Origin: a virus
IMG/VR virus record: IMGVR_UViG_3300037466_003019
Length of the DNA stretch: 44,026 nucleotides
Direction: 5' to 3' (one strand)
The notes under the pieces are model-generated. The model did no database searches. It saw nothing but the letters and a program-made list of their open reading frames with translations, and was not told the DNA's origin. Numbering within the stretch: the first letter of the stretch is position 1; each line of letters starts with the position of its first letter. Shown here piece by piece: positions 8,204-17,013 of the stretch. The translations under genes were made by a program, and so were the position numbers.

Positions 8204-10422
8204 ACATCAATCCGCTCGGCTGGTTCGGCCGCAAGTCCAACGACATCGGCAGCAGCGCGCTGGCGCGCGCCGGCATGGCCATGGGCCCCTGGCAGCAGCT
8301 CATCAACGGGTTCGTGCCGCGGGAGGTGAACCCCTGGTTCTACGAGGCGCTGCGCTCCTCGCTCGGCGTGCTCGACGGCGCCATGAACCGGCTGGTGACG
8401 GTGGACGGCATCATCGACGTGGAGGGCGGCAACGACAAGCTGGTGCAGGAAATACAGCGCGACCTGATCGGCGCCATTCCCGTCAGCGACCTGCAGGCAG
8501 GCCTGCACGCGTTCTACGCGGGGCAGGGCAACGAGATGTACGAGCAGGGGTTCACGGTCGGCGAGATGGTGTTCGACCGCAAGGGCCGCGAGGTGATCGG
8601 CCTGCGCGTGGCCGACAGCAAGGGCATCCTGTTCCACCGCAACACCGACACCGGGCAGCTGGAGATCTGGTACCTGCCACCGATGCCGAACGTATACGGC
8701 CGCCGGGACGGCACCGACGCGGTGGAGACCGTGCTGCGCAACTCGCCGCGCCAGCTCAACGTGCAGATGATCCAGGGCAAGGGCTTCACGCTGCTGGACC
8801 CGTCCACGCTGATCTACAGCGCCTTCAACCCCGAGAACGACCAGCCCTACGGCGTGAGCCTGCTGCGCTCCATCGAGTTCGTGGGGCAGATCCTGCTGAA
8901 GATGCACAACGCCACCGGGCAGGTGTGGGACCGCTTCGGCGACCCCGTGTTCCACGTGAGCTACAAGACCAAGAACCGGCAGGCGTCCAACTCCGACACG
9001 CTGGAGAAGCGCCGGTTGAAACTGGCCGGCGATCTGCAGGCGGCGCTGAACGCCAAACGCAGCGGCAACAGCGCCGACTTCACCACGGCCGTGGGCGCGG
9101 ATGACGACGTGAGCATCACCATCGTCGGCGGCGACGGCAAGGTGCTGGGCATCGAGATGCCCGCCCGCCACATGCTCGAGCAGGTGCTCGCCAAGACCGG
9201 CCTGCCCGCGTGGATGCTGGGCATGCAGTTCTCCACCGCCGAGCGCATGGCCGACAACCAGGCCGAGGTGGTGCTGCAGGAGAGCAAGACCCGCTTCGAG
9301 GCGCGCCAGCCCGGCCTGAACCGGCTGGTGGAAACGTGGCTACGCGGACGCGGTCGCACCTGGCGCCCGGGCGACTGGCAGCTGGTGCAGCGCCTGCCGA
9401 ACCTGCGCGATGAGCTCAAACGCGCCCAGGCGGCATTCCTCAACGCGCAGACGCAGATGATGCTGGCCAACGGCGGCACCGCGCCCGTGCAGGCGCAGGG
9501 CGAGCCCGCACGGGACAACCCGGGGGGTACGCCGACCGAACCGGCGAAGGCGGCGGTGCTGGACCTGTTCGACCCGATGGTGGTTGCGGCGCTCAAGCGC
9601 CTGGCCGCGGGAACGAAGCAGCCCGCCGCCTGCACGCACCACAAGGATGCCGGCAGCGGCCCGGCCGAGTCCTGGGCGGTGGACGACCCCAACCTGCCGC
9701 GCATCGAGGGGGCGGCCATTGCCACGCTTCGTTCCGCGTGGAACAAGCTGCGCGACGACACCCTGGCCGCCCTGAGCCTGTCGACCAAGGGCGCCAAGGC
9801 GCCGGGCGACCCGATGTTCGCGTTCGATGCGGAGGCGGTGCTCGCGCGCCTGCAGGGCCTGCTGGAAGCGTTCATCACCGCCAACAGCAACCCGCAGAGC
9901 GCCTTTGTCGCCCAGGTGTTCGAGGCCTGGCTGCGCGGCGTGGAGAACGCCGCCACCAGCGTCGACCGCACTGCCGAGGCCGCGCAGGTGGTGGCCGAAG
10001 CCCGCGACAAGGCCACCACCGGCATCGCCGAGCGCGAGGCGCCGCAGTTCACCGAGACGGCCACGCGCACGTACTGGAACGACATCGTGGCGGAGCTGAA
10101 GCAGGGCGCCTACGACGGCAAGAACCCGCTGGAAGTGGCGGCCGGCCTGCGCAAGCGCTTCGGCGACAAGGCCTACGACTGGGAGCGCCTGGCGCGCTCG
10201 GAGATTGCGCTGTCGCAGGCGAAGGGCCAGCGCGACGGATTCAAGGGCCTGGGCTATTCCTGGTACGGCATCGACACCGCGCCCGATGCCTGCAAGGTGT
10301 GCCTGGAGTTGAAGGAGGCCGGCCCGTACAAGATCGACGAAGGCCCGCTGCCGATGGAGGACACGCACCCGCTGTGCCGCTGCGGCGTCGAGCCGGCCGA
10401 TCCACCGCAACCCGCCGCCTGA
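8200..10422 (+). CDS. Portal protein fused to a MuF/SPP1-gp7-like head morphogenesis domain
   Basis: 740 aa, in the portal position after terL. The C-terminus ...YSWYGIDTAPDACKVCLELKE...DTHPLCRCGVEP matches the MuF signature (HPnCRC). Confidence 0.75.
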   Translation: MNINPLGWFGRKSNDIGSSALARAGMAMGPWQQLINGFVPREVNPWFYEALRSSLGVLDGAMNRLVTVDGIIDVEGGNDKLVQEIQRDLIGAIPVSDLQAGLHAFYAGQGNEMYEQGFTVGEMVFDRKGREVIGLRVADSKGILFHRNTDTGQLEIWYLPPMPNVYGRRDGTDAVETVLRNSPRQLNVQMIQGKGFTLLDPSTLIYSAFNPENDQPYGVSLLRSIEFVGQILLKMHNATGQVWDRFGDPVFHVSYKTKNRQASNSDTLEKRRLKLAGDLQAALNAKRSGNSADFTTAVGADDDVSITIVGGDGKVLGIEMPARHMLEQVLAKTGLPAWMLGMQFSTAERMADNQAEVVLQESKTRFEARQPGLNRLVETWLRGRGRTWRPGDWQLVQRLPNLRDELKRAQAAFLNAQTQMMLANGGTAPVQAQGEPARDNPGGTPTEPAKAAVLDLFDPMVVAALKRLAAGTKQPAACTHHKDAGSGPAESWAVDDPNLPRIEGAAIATLRSAWNKLRDDTLAALSLSTKGAKAPGDPMFAFDAEAVLARLQGLLEAFITANSNPQSAFVAQVFEAWLRGVENAATSVDRTAEAAQVVAEARDKATTGIAEREAPQFTETATRTYWNDIVAELKQGAYDGKNPLEVAAGLRKRFGDKAYDWERLARSEIALSQAKGQRDGFKGLGYSWYGIDTAPDACKVCLELKEAGPYKIDEGPLPMEDTHPLCRCGVEPADPPQPAA

Positions 10423-10424
10423 CT

Positions 10425-10457
10425 GTTTCGCCCACAGTATGGAGGCGTAACGCAAGG
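10425..10457 (+). promoter_or_regulatory. Conserved late-promoter-like motif, copy B (gtttcgcccaCAGTATGGAggcgtaacgcaagg)
   Basis: Lies in the portal/head intergenic gap. 25 of 28 nt identical to copy C. Confidence 0.45.
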
Positions 10458-10511
10458 GGGTTGTGTGATGGGGCCTACCGACCATGCCACCGCATGCAGA
10501 GGCCCCGGACG

Positions 10512-10913
10512 ATGGACGACAAACAGCTGCAGGACCTGCTCGCGCAGGCGGTGCCCGCGATCACCGCCAAGCTGCCGGAGCTCGACCGCGACACGTTGGT
10601 GCAGTTGCAGGCGGCCGAGGTGGCCGGCGGCAACCGCGTCACGCTGCTCGGCGCCATCGACGAGCGCCTGAAGGCGCTGGATGCCGATGAAGGCGGCGAG
10701 AAGCCGCCGGCCGTCGCACAGACCAAGCCGGGCGACACGACGACCGAATCCGCGGGGGCGGGTGCAGGGAAGGGCGAGCCGGCGGCGCAAGCCGCCGGCA
10801 AGCTCACGCCCAAGGACTGGCAGCACCCTGACTACGCCGGTGCGCTCAACGGCGAGCAGGCCGCCTGGCGCATCGCCAACATCAAGCCGGCCGCGGCGGT
10901 GCGGCGCAAGTGA
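10512..10913 (+). CDS. Hypothetical head-module protein
   Basis: MDDKQLQDLLAQ... The ATG at 10494 is an in-frame alternative start. AGAGG lies 9 nt upstream of 10512. Confidence 0.5.
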   Translation: MDDKQLQDLLAQAVPAITAKLPELDRDTLVQLQAAEVAGGNRVTLLGAIDERLKALDADEGGEKPPAVAQTKPGDTTTESAGAGAGKGEPAAQAAGKLTPKDWQHPDYAGALNGEQAAWRIANIKPAAAVRRK

Positions 10914-11980
10914 GCATGCAGCGCAAAGCCCTCGCGATGCACGTCAAGGCCGCCACGGCGGCCGACGACGACACGCTGGCGGCCATCCGTGAGTACACCC
11001 TGCGCGACTTTGCGGCCGACGAGCTGCAGATCCGCGAGTACGTGCTCGCGCACAACTGCATCGACCGCGACAACGAGTGCTTCGACGAAAGCCTGCTGGA
11101 CGACTTCTCGCGCACGCTGCCGGGCAAGGGTGTCTACATCAAGCACCCGACCAGCTGGCAGGGCGATGGCGGCCCCGCCGAGGGCCGCGTGTTCGCGGCC
11201 GAGACGCAGGTGATGTCGCTGGACGAGCTGCGCACGCTGCTGCGCGAGCCCACCCTGCAGCTGCCGCCCGATCGCACCACGGCCAAGCTCCTGCGCGCCC
11301 GCGCGTTCTTCGCCAAGACCCCGGACAACGCGAGCCTGCTGATCAAGCAGGACGCCGGCATCGCCGGCGACGTGTCGATCGGCTTCGAGGCGCAGAACCG
11401 CGTGCCGATCACCGACCGCGACGGCCGCGAGCTGACCGCCCGCCGCTGGGTGGGTCCGGGCGCCGCGAACGAGATGTCGCTGGTGTGGCTGGGCGCGCAA
11501 CAGGGCGCCCGCGCCGTCAAGACCTTCAACACCGAGTCCAACCCGGAGCCGACCATGGACCTGACCAAAGAACAGATCGAAGCCCTGCAGGCCAAGGCGG
11601 CATCGGCCGACAAGGCCAACGCCACCCTCGCGGCGCTCAAGACCGCGCTGGGCGACGAGGCGGCCCTGCTGGACAACCCCGACCAGCTCAAGGCCTACGT
11701 GACCGACGCGAAGGCCTACAAGGCCGCGCTGGTCGACGAGGTGATCGCCATCGAGCGCCAGCTCGGCGTGGTGGGCGACAAGCCCGAGGACACGGCCGAA
11801 GCGCAGAAGTTCTACGCCGTCATGGGCGTGGACAGGCTCAAGGCGGTGCAGCAGGGCCTGGAAAAGCGCCTGCCGGCACGCCCCGCCGGCATGAAGGGCG
11901 CCAACACCAACCAGGCCGCGCCCGGCGCGCTGGAAACGCCGAAGGATTCCCCCCTCAACAACCCGGCCGTCGCCGCGTAA
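10910..11980 (+). CDS. Prohead serine protease with C-terminal scaffold-like coiled coil
   Basis: CIDRDNECFDESLL...GKGVYIKHP...NEMSLVWLGAQQGA is protease-like. This is followed by LTKEQIEALQAKAASADKANATLAALK, which is scaffold-like. Confidence 0.7.
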   Translation: MSMQRKALAMHVKAATAADDDTLAAIREYTLRDFAADELQIREYVLAHNCIDRDNECFDESLLDDFSRTLPGKGVYIKHPTSWQGDGGPAEGRVFAAETQVMSLDELRTLLREPTLQLPPDRTTAKLLRARAFFAKTPDNASLLIKQDAGIAGDVSIGFEAQNRVPITDRDGRELTARRWVGPGAANEMSLVWLGAQQGARAVKTFNTESNPEPTMDLTKEQIEALQAKAASADKANATLAALKTALGDEAALLDNPDQLKAYVTDAKAYKAALVDEVIAIERQLGVVGDKPEDTAEAQKFYAVMGVDRLKAVQQGLEKRLPARPAGMKGANTNQAAPGALETPKDSPLNNPAVAA

Positions 11981-12006
11981 CGCGCACTGCGTAAGGAGAA
12001 CAGACC

Positions 12007-12351
12007 ATGTTGCAGGTTCGCTCGCCGGCGTCGCAGATCAAGACGCTGCAGTACGCCCACTCCGCGGCCACCACGGCCCACACCCCGGTCAAGATCAACG
12101 GCCACCTGCTGATCCCCACCGACTACGCCGACGCCGCCGCGATCAACGGCTTCCTCTACGAGGGCGAGATCAGCGGCGCGGCCAAGGCGGCGGTCGCCTG
12201 GTCGGCGCTGGACAAGCTGTACTGGGACGACACCGCCAAGGTGGTGACCAACGTCGCCACCAGCAACACGCCGATCGGCTACGCGCTGGAGGCCGCCCTC
12301 GCCGGCGACGCCACCACCGGCCTGATCGCTTTCAACGCCTTCGCGTCCTAA
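12007..12351 (+). CDS. DUF2190-like head decoration protein
   Basis: 114 aa, between the protease and the capsid gene. The pattern ...AVAWSALDKLYWDD...TPIGYALEAA... is typical of this family. Confidence 0.6.
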   Translation: MLQVRSPASQIKTLQYAHSAATTAHTPVKINGHLLIPTDYADAAAINGFLYEGEISGAAKAAVAWSALDKLYWDDTAKVVTNVATSNTPIGYALEAALAGDATTGLIAFNAFAS

Positions 12352-12364
12352 GGAGCCGGCACCC

Positions 12365-13438
12365 ATGCGTACCTTCGGCAATTTCAGCAAGCTGGGCTCG
12401 ATCACCGACCCGGCGGAGCAGCGCAAGGCGCTGGCCCAGGCGATCGACCTGGAGTTCAGCCTGCCGGCCATCTACGCGGAGCTCGGCGGCTCGCCGCGCA
12501 TCGCGGACGTGGGCGGCATCAAGATCATCGGTGGCGGCAAGGGCGACGCCAAGATCCCCGGCGCCGACCGCGTCAAGAGCTTCCTCGCCCAGAAGTGGGC
12601 GGTGCCGGGCGACAACCCGAACCTGGTGGACCCGACCCTGCGCGTGGTGGAGTTCTTCCACTCCAACATGCCCGAGATGGACACCGGCTACACGCAGATC
12701 TACGACTTCGTGGACATGCGCAGCAGCACGCTGGATCGCTTCGACATCCTCGACGCGAACAACGGCATCACCTTCAACCAGGTGAAGTCGGGCGAGGTGG
12801 TGAAGATCCGCCGCGCGGTCTCCGACAACCTGATGAGCGTGCCGTACGTCACCTTCAGCGACGGCGTGGGCATCCAGGACGACTGGCTGCGCTTCCAGAA
12901 GTGGTGGGCGGTGAGCGACACCGTGGCCGAGTTCAACGCCAAGGCGTGGGACAAGAAGGCGCAGTGGCACTACGACCTGCTCACCGCGCTGCCGGCCGGC
13001 ATCAACGTCGCGTTCGACACCGACGACACCAAGACCCTGAACAAGGCGGCCGCGAGCATCCTGCGCACCGTCAACGGCAAGGGCTACGGCGCCGGCCAGA
13101 ATGCGGGCTTCGTGATCGTGTGCGCGCCGGAGAACGTGGGGCGCATCACCAAGATGCTCACCGCGGCCGCCGGCACGCTGATCGTGGCCTACAACGCCAA
13201 CGTGCAGCCGGTGACGGTGCATGTGAGCGCGGTGGTGGCGTCGGTGAAGATCCCGGCCAACCTCAACGGCTACTACCTGGTGCTGCCGGGCCGCAAGATG
13301 AAGCGCGGCGACTGGAAGGACCTGACCATCGAGAGCCAGCGCAACGTCTACGTGCGCGCCAACGACTACGTGGGCACCTTCCAGACCAACGCGGCCATCG
13401 GCGACCAGGACCAGGTCGCCCGCGTGCTGTTCCAGTAA
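12365..13438 (+). CDS. Major capsid protein
   Basis: 357 aa, in the capsid position after protease and decoration genes, and followed by a strong terminator. Confidence 0.75.
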   Translation: MRTFGNFSKLGSITDPAEQRKALAQAIDLEFSLPAIYAELGGSPRIADVGGIKIIGGGKGDAKIPGADRVKSFLAQKWAVPGDNPNLVDPTLRVVEFFHSNMPEMDTGYTQIYDFVDMRSSTLDRFDILDANNGITFNQVKSGEVVKIRRAVSDNLMSVPYVTFSDGVGIQDDWLRFQKWWAVSDTVAEFNAKAWDKKAQWHYDLLTALPAGINVAFDTDDTKTLNKAAASILRTVNGKGYGAGQNAGFVIVCAPENVGRITKMLTAAAGTLIVAYNANVQPVTVHVSAVVASVKIPANLNGYYLVLPGRKMKRGDWKDLTIESQRNVYVRANDYVGTFQTNAAIGDQDQVARVLFQ

Positions 13439-13458
13439 GCAACCCCAGCCGCCAGCCT

Positions 13459-13491
13459 TGCCGCGCGGCACGCCACCGCGCGGCATTTTTT
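13459..13491 (+). terminator. Rho-independent terminator after the capsid gene
   Basis: The 10-bp GC stem tgccgcgcgg (13459-13468) pairs with ccgcgcggca (13476-13485). The loop is 7 nt and is followed by TTTTTT (13486-13491). Confidence 0.8.
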
Positions 13492-13504
13492 CAGACGAGG
13501 GCGC

Positions 13505-13981
13505 ATGGCCAAGGCCTCCATCAACGACGTGCTCGACGAGGGCTTCAGCGCCCAGCAGTTCGGCGCGCCTCCCGACTGGGAAACCCCGACCACGGGTTAC
13601 CTGGCGCGCGTACTGACCATGGCCGGGCGCTGGGTGGAGTCGAAGATGGGCGCGCCCACGTATGCGGCGCTGGCCGCCGACAGCTACGCCCTGGACTGCG
13701 CGGCCAAGGCCGAGGTGCAGTACGCCAGCGCCGAGCTGTTCCGCCGCCGCTACACCTTCGTGGAGGCGGCGGCCACGGCGGGCCTGGGCAAGGACCAGTC
13801 GCCGGTGCTGCGGGAGCTTCGCGGCAAGGCCGACGAGGCGTTGCAGAACGCCAGCTACTGGTTGGGCGAGGCCCTGCGCGCCAGTGGCGTGGACGACGGC
13901 GCGCTCTATGCCGGCAGCGGCCTGGCCAGCGGCACCGTGGAAACCGGCCGCTACACCTCCCTGAGCGAGGTGACGCCGTGA
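13505..13981 (+). CDS. Putative head-tail connector/adaptor
   Basis: 158 aa, first gene after the capsid terminator. The call is positional. Confidence 0.45.
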   Translation: MAKASINDVLDEGFSAQQFGAPPDWETPTTGYLARVLTMAGRWVESKMGAPTYAALAADSYALDCAAKAEVQYASAELFRRRYTFVEAAATAGLGKDQSPVLRELRGKADEALQNASYWLGEALRASGVDDGALYAGSGLASGTVETGRYTSLSEVTP

Positions 13982-14379
13982 CGCTCAGCGAGCGCATGCG
14001 CAGCCTGGTCGCGGCGCTGGATGCCGGCCTGCGCCGTGGCCTGACGGCCGCGGTGAAGGCCGTGAACACCGCCGTGCGCGCCAACCTCAACGGCTCGCGC
14101 AGCGCCCCGCCGTGGTCCTACCCCGTGCCGCGTCGCACCGGCAACCTGCTGCGCAGCCAGCAACAGCAGGTGGCGTACCCCACCGGCTACGTGTTCAACA
14201 CGGCCACCTATGCCGCCGCCATCCACAACGGCTACGTGAGCGAGTGGGCCGGGCAGGGCAAGCACCGCATGCGCATGAAGGGCGACCCGCGCCCGTTCAT
14301 GGACGACGGCGTGGAAACCGCGCAGCCGCTCATGGTGATCCAGCGCGAGGTCGAGGGGGCGCTGCAGGCATGGGCGTAA
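13978..14379 (+). CDS. HK97 gp10-like head-tail joining protein
   Basis: GTGA-coupled to the upstream gene. ...PVPRRTGNLLRSQ...TATYAAAIHNGY... resembles the gp10 family motif. Confidence 0.55.
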   Translation: MTLSERMRSLVAALDAGLRRGLTAAVKAVNTAVRANLNGSRSAPPWSYPVPRRTGNLLRSQQQQVAYPTGYVFNTATYAAAIHNGYVSEWAGQGKHRMRMKGDPRPFMDDGVETAQPLMVIQREVEGALQAWA

Positions 14380-14852
14380 AGGACTTCACCGACGGCGTGC
14401 ACGACCTGCTCGCGGGCGGCGACGCCCAGTTCGCGGGCGACATCCAGCAGCTGCTGGGTGTGCCGGTCACCCGCGTGCTGCGCGCCAACACGCCGTGGGC
14501 GCAGATCGGCGCGAACCTGCTGCCGTGCTTCGTGATGGAGCAGGCCCCCGGACACGCCTCCGGCTGGGGCACCGGCGAGGAAAGCGGCCTGGTGATCGGC
14601 CACAGCTCACAGGGCTTCGAAAGCGAACTGGATGTGTGCGTGCTCTGGCAGCAGCAGGACCGCGAGGTGGCCGCCGACCAGCGCGCCCAGTTGCCCGAGA
14701 TCTTCGTGCGCCTGTTCCTGCGCAACCCCCAGCCCGGCGGCATCAATGGCGCCTGGGTGCAGGAATGGATGCCCGACCAGGGTGTGAGCCATCCCACGCA
14801 GTGCTGGGCCGCCCGTATCCGCGGCAACTACGAAATCACGAGGACGCCATGA
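14370..14852 (+). CDS. Putative tail completion/terminator protein
   Basis: 160 aa, overlaps the previous gene by 10 nt. The call is positional. Confidence 0.45.
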   Translation: MGVKDFTDGVHDLLAGGDAQFAGDIQQLLGVPVTRVLRANTPWAQIGANLLPCFVMEQAPGHASGWGTGEESGLVIGHSSQGFESELDVCVLWQQQDREVAADQRAQLPEIFVRLFLRNPQPGGINGAWVQEWMPDQGVSHPTQCWAARIRGNYEITRTP

Positions 14853-15130
14853 GCGATCAAGCCAAGAACCCCACGGTGGTGTTTCCCCAGGACGCGCGCC
14901 CGGGCGTGCTCGCCATCGGCGGGATCAAGCGCGGCGGCACGGCTCAGGTGGATGCCTTCGAGGCCGTGCGCCTGGTCGACGCCAAGGGGCTGCGCTTTGC
15001 CGATGGCGACCAGGAGCGCGAAGCCCGCGCCGTGGTCGACCAGGCGCGCGCCGCGTTTGGCCTGCCGCCCAGTGGCGCGGACGTTGCGCCGGAGCACCCA
15101 TCGACCGACACCCTGAGCGAGGAGCACTGA
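14849..15130 (+). CDS. Hypothetical protein
   Basis: ATGA-coupled 93-aa ORF upstream of the tail tube gene. Confidence 0.45.
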   Translation: MSDQAKNPTVVFPQDARPGVLAIGGIKRGGTAQVDAFEAVRLVDAKGLRFADGDQEREARAVVDQARAAFGLPPSGADVAPEHPSTDTLSEEH

Positions 15131-15131
15131 T

Positions 15132-16124
15132 ATGTCCCAGGTACGCGGCTCCAACGTCCGCACCGTCGCCGTCACCGACGCCACCTATGGCACGCCGCCG
15201 GGTACGCCCAGTGCGCTGATCCTGCCGTTCGTGCAGAACAACGTGAAGGCCGACCAGCAGCGCGACACCGACGAGACCATCAGCGGCTTCCGCGGCCAGG
15301 CGCGCAGCGTGGCCGGCAACCGCACGGTGGGCGGCACGCTGCAGGTGAACGTGGCGCCGCAGACGATCGGCTTCCTGCTCAAGCACCTGCTGGGCGCGCC
15401 CACCAGCACCACCGCCACCGGCGTCACCACGCACGTGTTCGGCGTGGCCGCGAGCGGCGCCAGCGCGCTGCCGCCGAGCTTCACGCTGGAAAACGACATG
15501 GGCGCGGGGTTCACCTCCGCCAGCCGCTACATGCGCTACACCGGGTGCCGCATCGGCCAGGGCCAGTTCGCCTTAAGCCCCAGCGGCTTCCTGCAGTTCA
15601 CCGCGACGGTCGCCGGCAGCGGCTACAGCAAGGGCAGCACGCCGCTGGACGCCTCGCCGGACGACAACGGCCACGCGGCCTTCAGCACGCTCACCGCCGC
15701 CATCGTGTTCGGCGGCGGCACGCTGCCGCTGGACGTGACCAAGCTGGACTTCACGCTCAACAACAACCTGGACGAAGACACCTTCGTCATCGGCGGCGGC
15801 GGCACCCGCGGCGACCTGCCCGAGGGCCTGCTCGCGGTCAGCGGCACCGTGGAGGCGCTGCTGAAGGATTCCGGCCTGGTCGACGCGGCGCTCGCCGACA
15901 CCGACAGCAGCCTGGTGCTGACGCTGCAGAACGGCACCGGCGATGGCACCGCCGGCAACGAGCAGCTGGTGATCAACATCCCGGCGCTGGTGTTCGCCAC
16001 CACCACGCCGACCGTGCCGGGCCCGAAGGGCTTGCGCCTGCAGGCCACGTTCTCCGCCCACCGCACCACGGGCGAGATCGGCGTGACCGCCACGCTCAAG
16101 ACGCCCATCGCCACGATCAACTGA
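15132..16124 (+). CDS. Major tail tube protein
   Basis: 330 aa, Gly/Thr-rich beta-type composition, immediately upstream of the chaperone and tape-measure genes. Confidence 0.7.
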   Translation: MSQVRGSNVRTVAVTDATYGTPPGTPSALILPFVQNNVKADQQRDTDETISGFRGQARSVAGNRTVGGTLQVNVAPQTIGFLLKHLLGAPTSTTATGVTTHVFGVAASGASALPPSFTLENDMGAGFTSASRYMRYTGCRIGQGQFALSPSGFLQFTATVAGSGYSKGSTPLDASPDDNGHAAFSTLTAAIVFGGGTLPLDVTKLDFTLNNNLDEDTFVIGGGGTRGDLPEGLLAVSGTVEALLKDSGLVDAALADTDSSLVLTLQNGTGDGTAGNEQLVINIPALVFATTTPTVPGPKGLRLQATFSAHRTTGEIGVTATLKTPIATIN

Positions 16125-16132
16125 GGTTGCCC

Positions 16133-16606
16133 ATGTTCCGTTTTGCCAGTGACGGCCGCGTGCGGTGGCCGCTGACCCTCGACCAGGTGCAGGAGGACGG
16201 CAGCACCGCGGCCGCCTCGTTCATCGTCGAGTACCGCGTGCTGACGCGCGACGAGCTCAAGGCCCGCGAGGATGCGCTGCGCGCCTACAGCCTGAAGATG
16301 GCCGAGCTGATGCCGGCCGCTGGCGCGCTGGACACCGCGGAGAACGCCAACCAGCGCCGCGCGCTCACCGACGAGCGCGTGAAGGCCGACGACGCCGAGC
16401 TGCGCGCGCGGGTGAAGGGCTGGAGCGGCATCGGCGATGCGGCCGGCGAGGCGCTGCCGGTCACCCCGGAGAACCTGCAGGCGCTGCTCGCCAACGCCCT
16501 GCTGCGCGACGTGCTGCTGGCCGGCCTGATCGAGGCCAGCACGGGGGCGCGAGGAAAAAACTCCTTGCCTGGGCTCGCTGGCTTGCCGGTGCCGGCCCAG
16601 GCGTAA
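16133..16606 (+). CDS. Tail assembly chaperone (gpG-like)
   Basis: 157 aa, between the tube and tape-measure genes. Contains the slippery site near its 3' end. Confidence 0.7.
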   Translation: MFRFASDGRVRWPLTLDQVQEDGSTAAASFIVEYRVLTRDELKAREDALRAYSLKMAELMPAAGALDTAENANQRRALTDERVKADDAELRARVKGWSGIGDAAGEALPVTPENLQALLANALLRDVLLAGLIEASTGARGKNSLPGLAGLPVPAQA

Positions 16607-17013
16607 CCAACGCGCAAGGCAAGGAGGAGCGGCTGTGGGATGTGGACGCGCTCTACCCGGACACCGACCTGCCGGCGTACTGCAAGCAATGCCGGCTGAC
16701 TGGCGGGTGCGGCACCCAATGCCCGCGCCCGCAGGTGCTGCCGGAGTGCCGGCCGGCGCTGGCCGCGTACGACCTGTGCGAGACGCAATGGCGTACGGGC
16801 TTCGGCTGCGTCACGGGGTTCGACTACAGCGCGTGCATCGCCACGCTGGCGCTCTACCTGCCGCGCTGGAAGGCCAGCGCGCCGCCGGGCGACCCGATCC
16901 ACGCCATGGAGGTGCCCGACCTGCTGGATGACCTGCGCACGATCGAGGAGGCCCTGCTCACCGCCTGGGCCGAAGTAGCCGAGCAGAAACGCACCGCGAG
17001 CCCTGACCCGTGA
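16133..17013 (+). CDS. Tail assembly chaperone frameshift product (gpGT-like, -1 slip at 16555-16561)
   Basis: The -1 frame reads ...GARKKLLAW...LWDVDALYPD...CETQWRTGFGCVTGFDYSACIATLALYL...TIEEALLTAW (DUF1799/gpT-like). It ends in a GTGA overlap with the tape-measure start. Confidence 0.6.
16555..16561 (+). other. -1 programmed frameshift slippery heptamer A_AAA_AAC
   Basis: Zero-frame codons are gga aaa aac. A -1 shift enters the frame that stays open to 17013. Confidence 0.6.

Noticed and set aside
4329-9171. Very long minus-strand ORFs: 4329-5831, 5880-7322 and 7648-9171. The same applies to 18504-20300 and 21883-24309.
   Set aside because: They are antisense shadows of the terminase, portal, tape-measure and J-like genes. 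They have extreme Arg/Ala/His/Gly bias and no recognisable motifs. Long open frames are expected when stop codons are rare.
10439-10450. Mini-ORFs starting at the ATG inside the conserved CAGTATGGAGGCG motif: MEA-stop in copy B, and a 13-codon ORF ending in an ATGA overlap on the endolysin start in copy C.
   Set aside because: The lengths and frames are not conserved among the three copies, and copy A falls in a non-coding frame of the overlapping genes. The conservation is at DNA level, so a cis element is more likely than a leader peptide.
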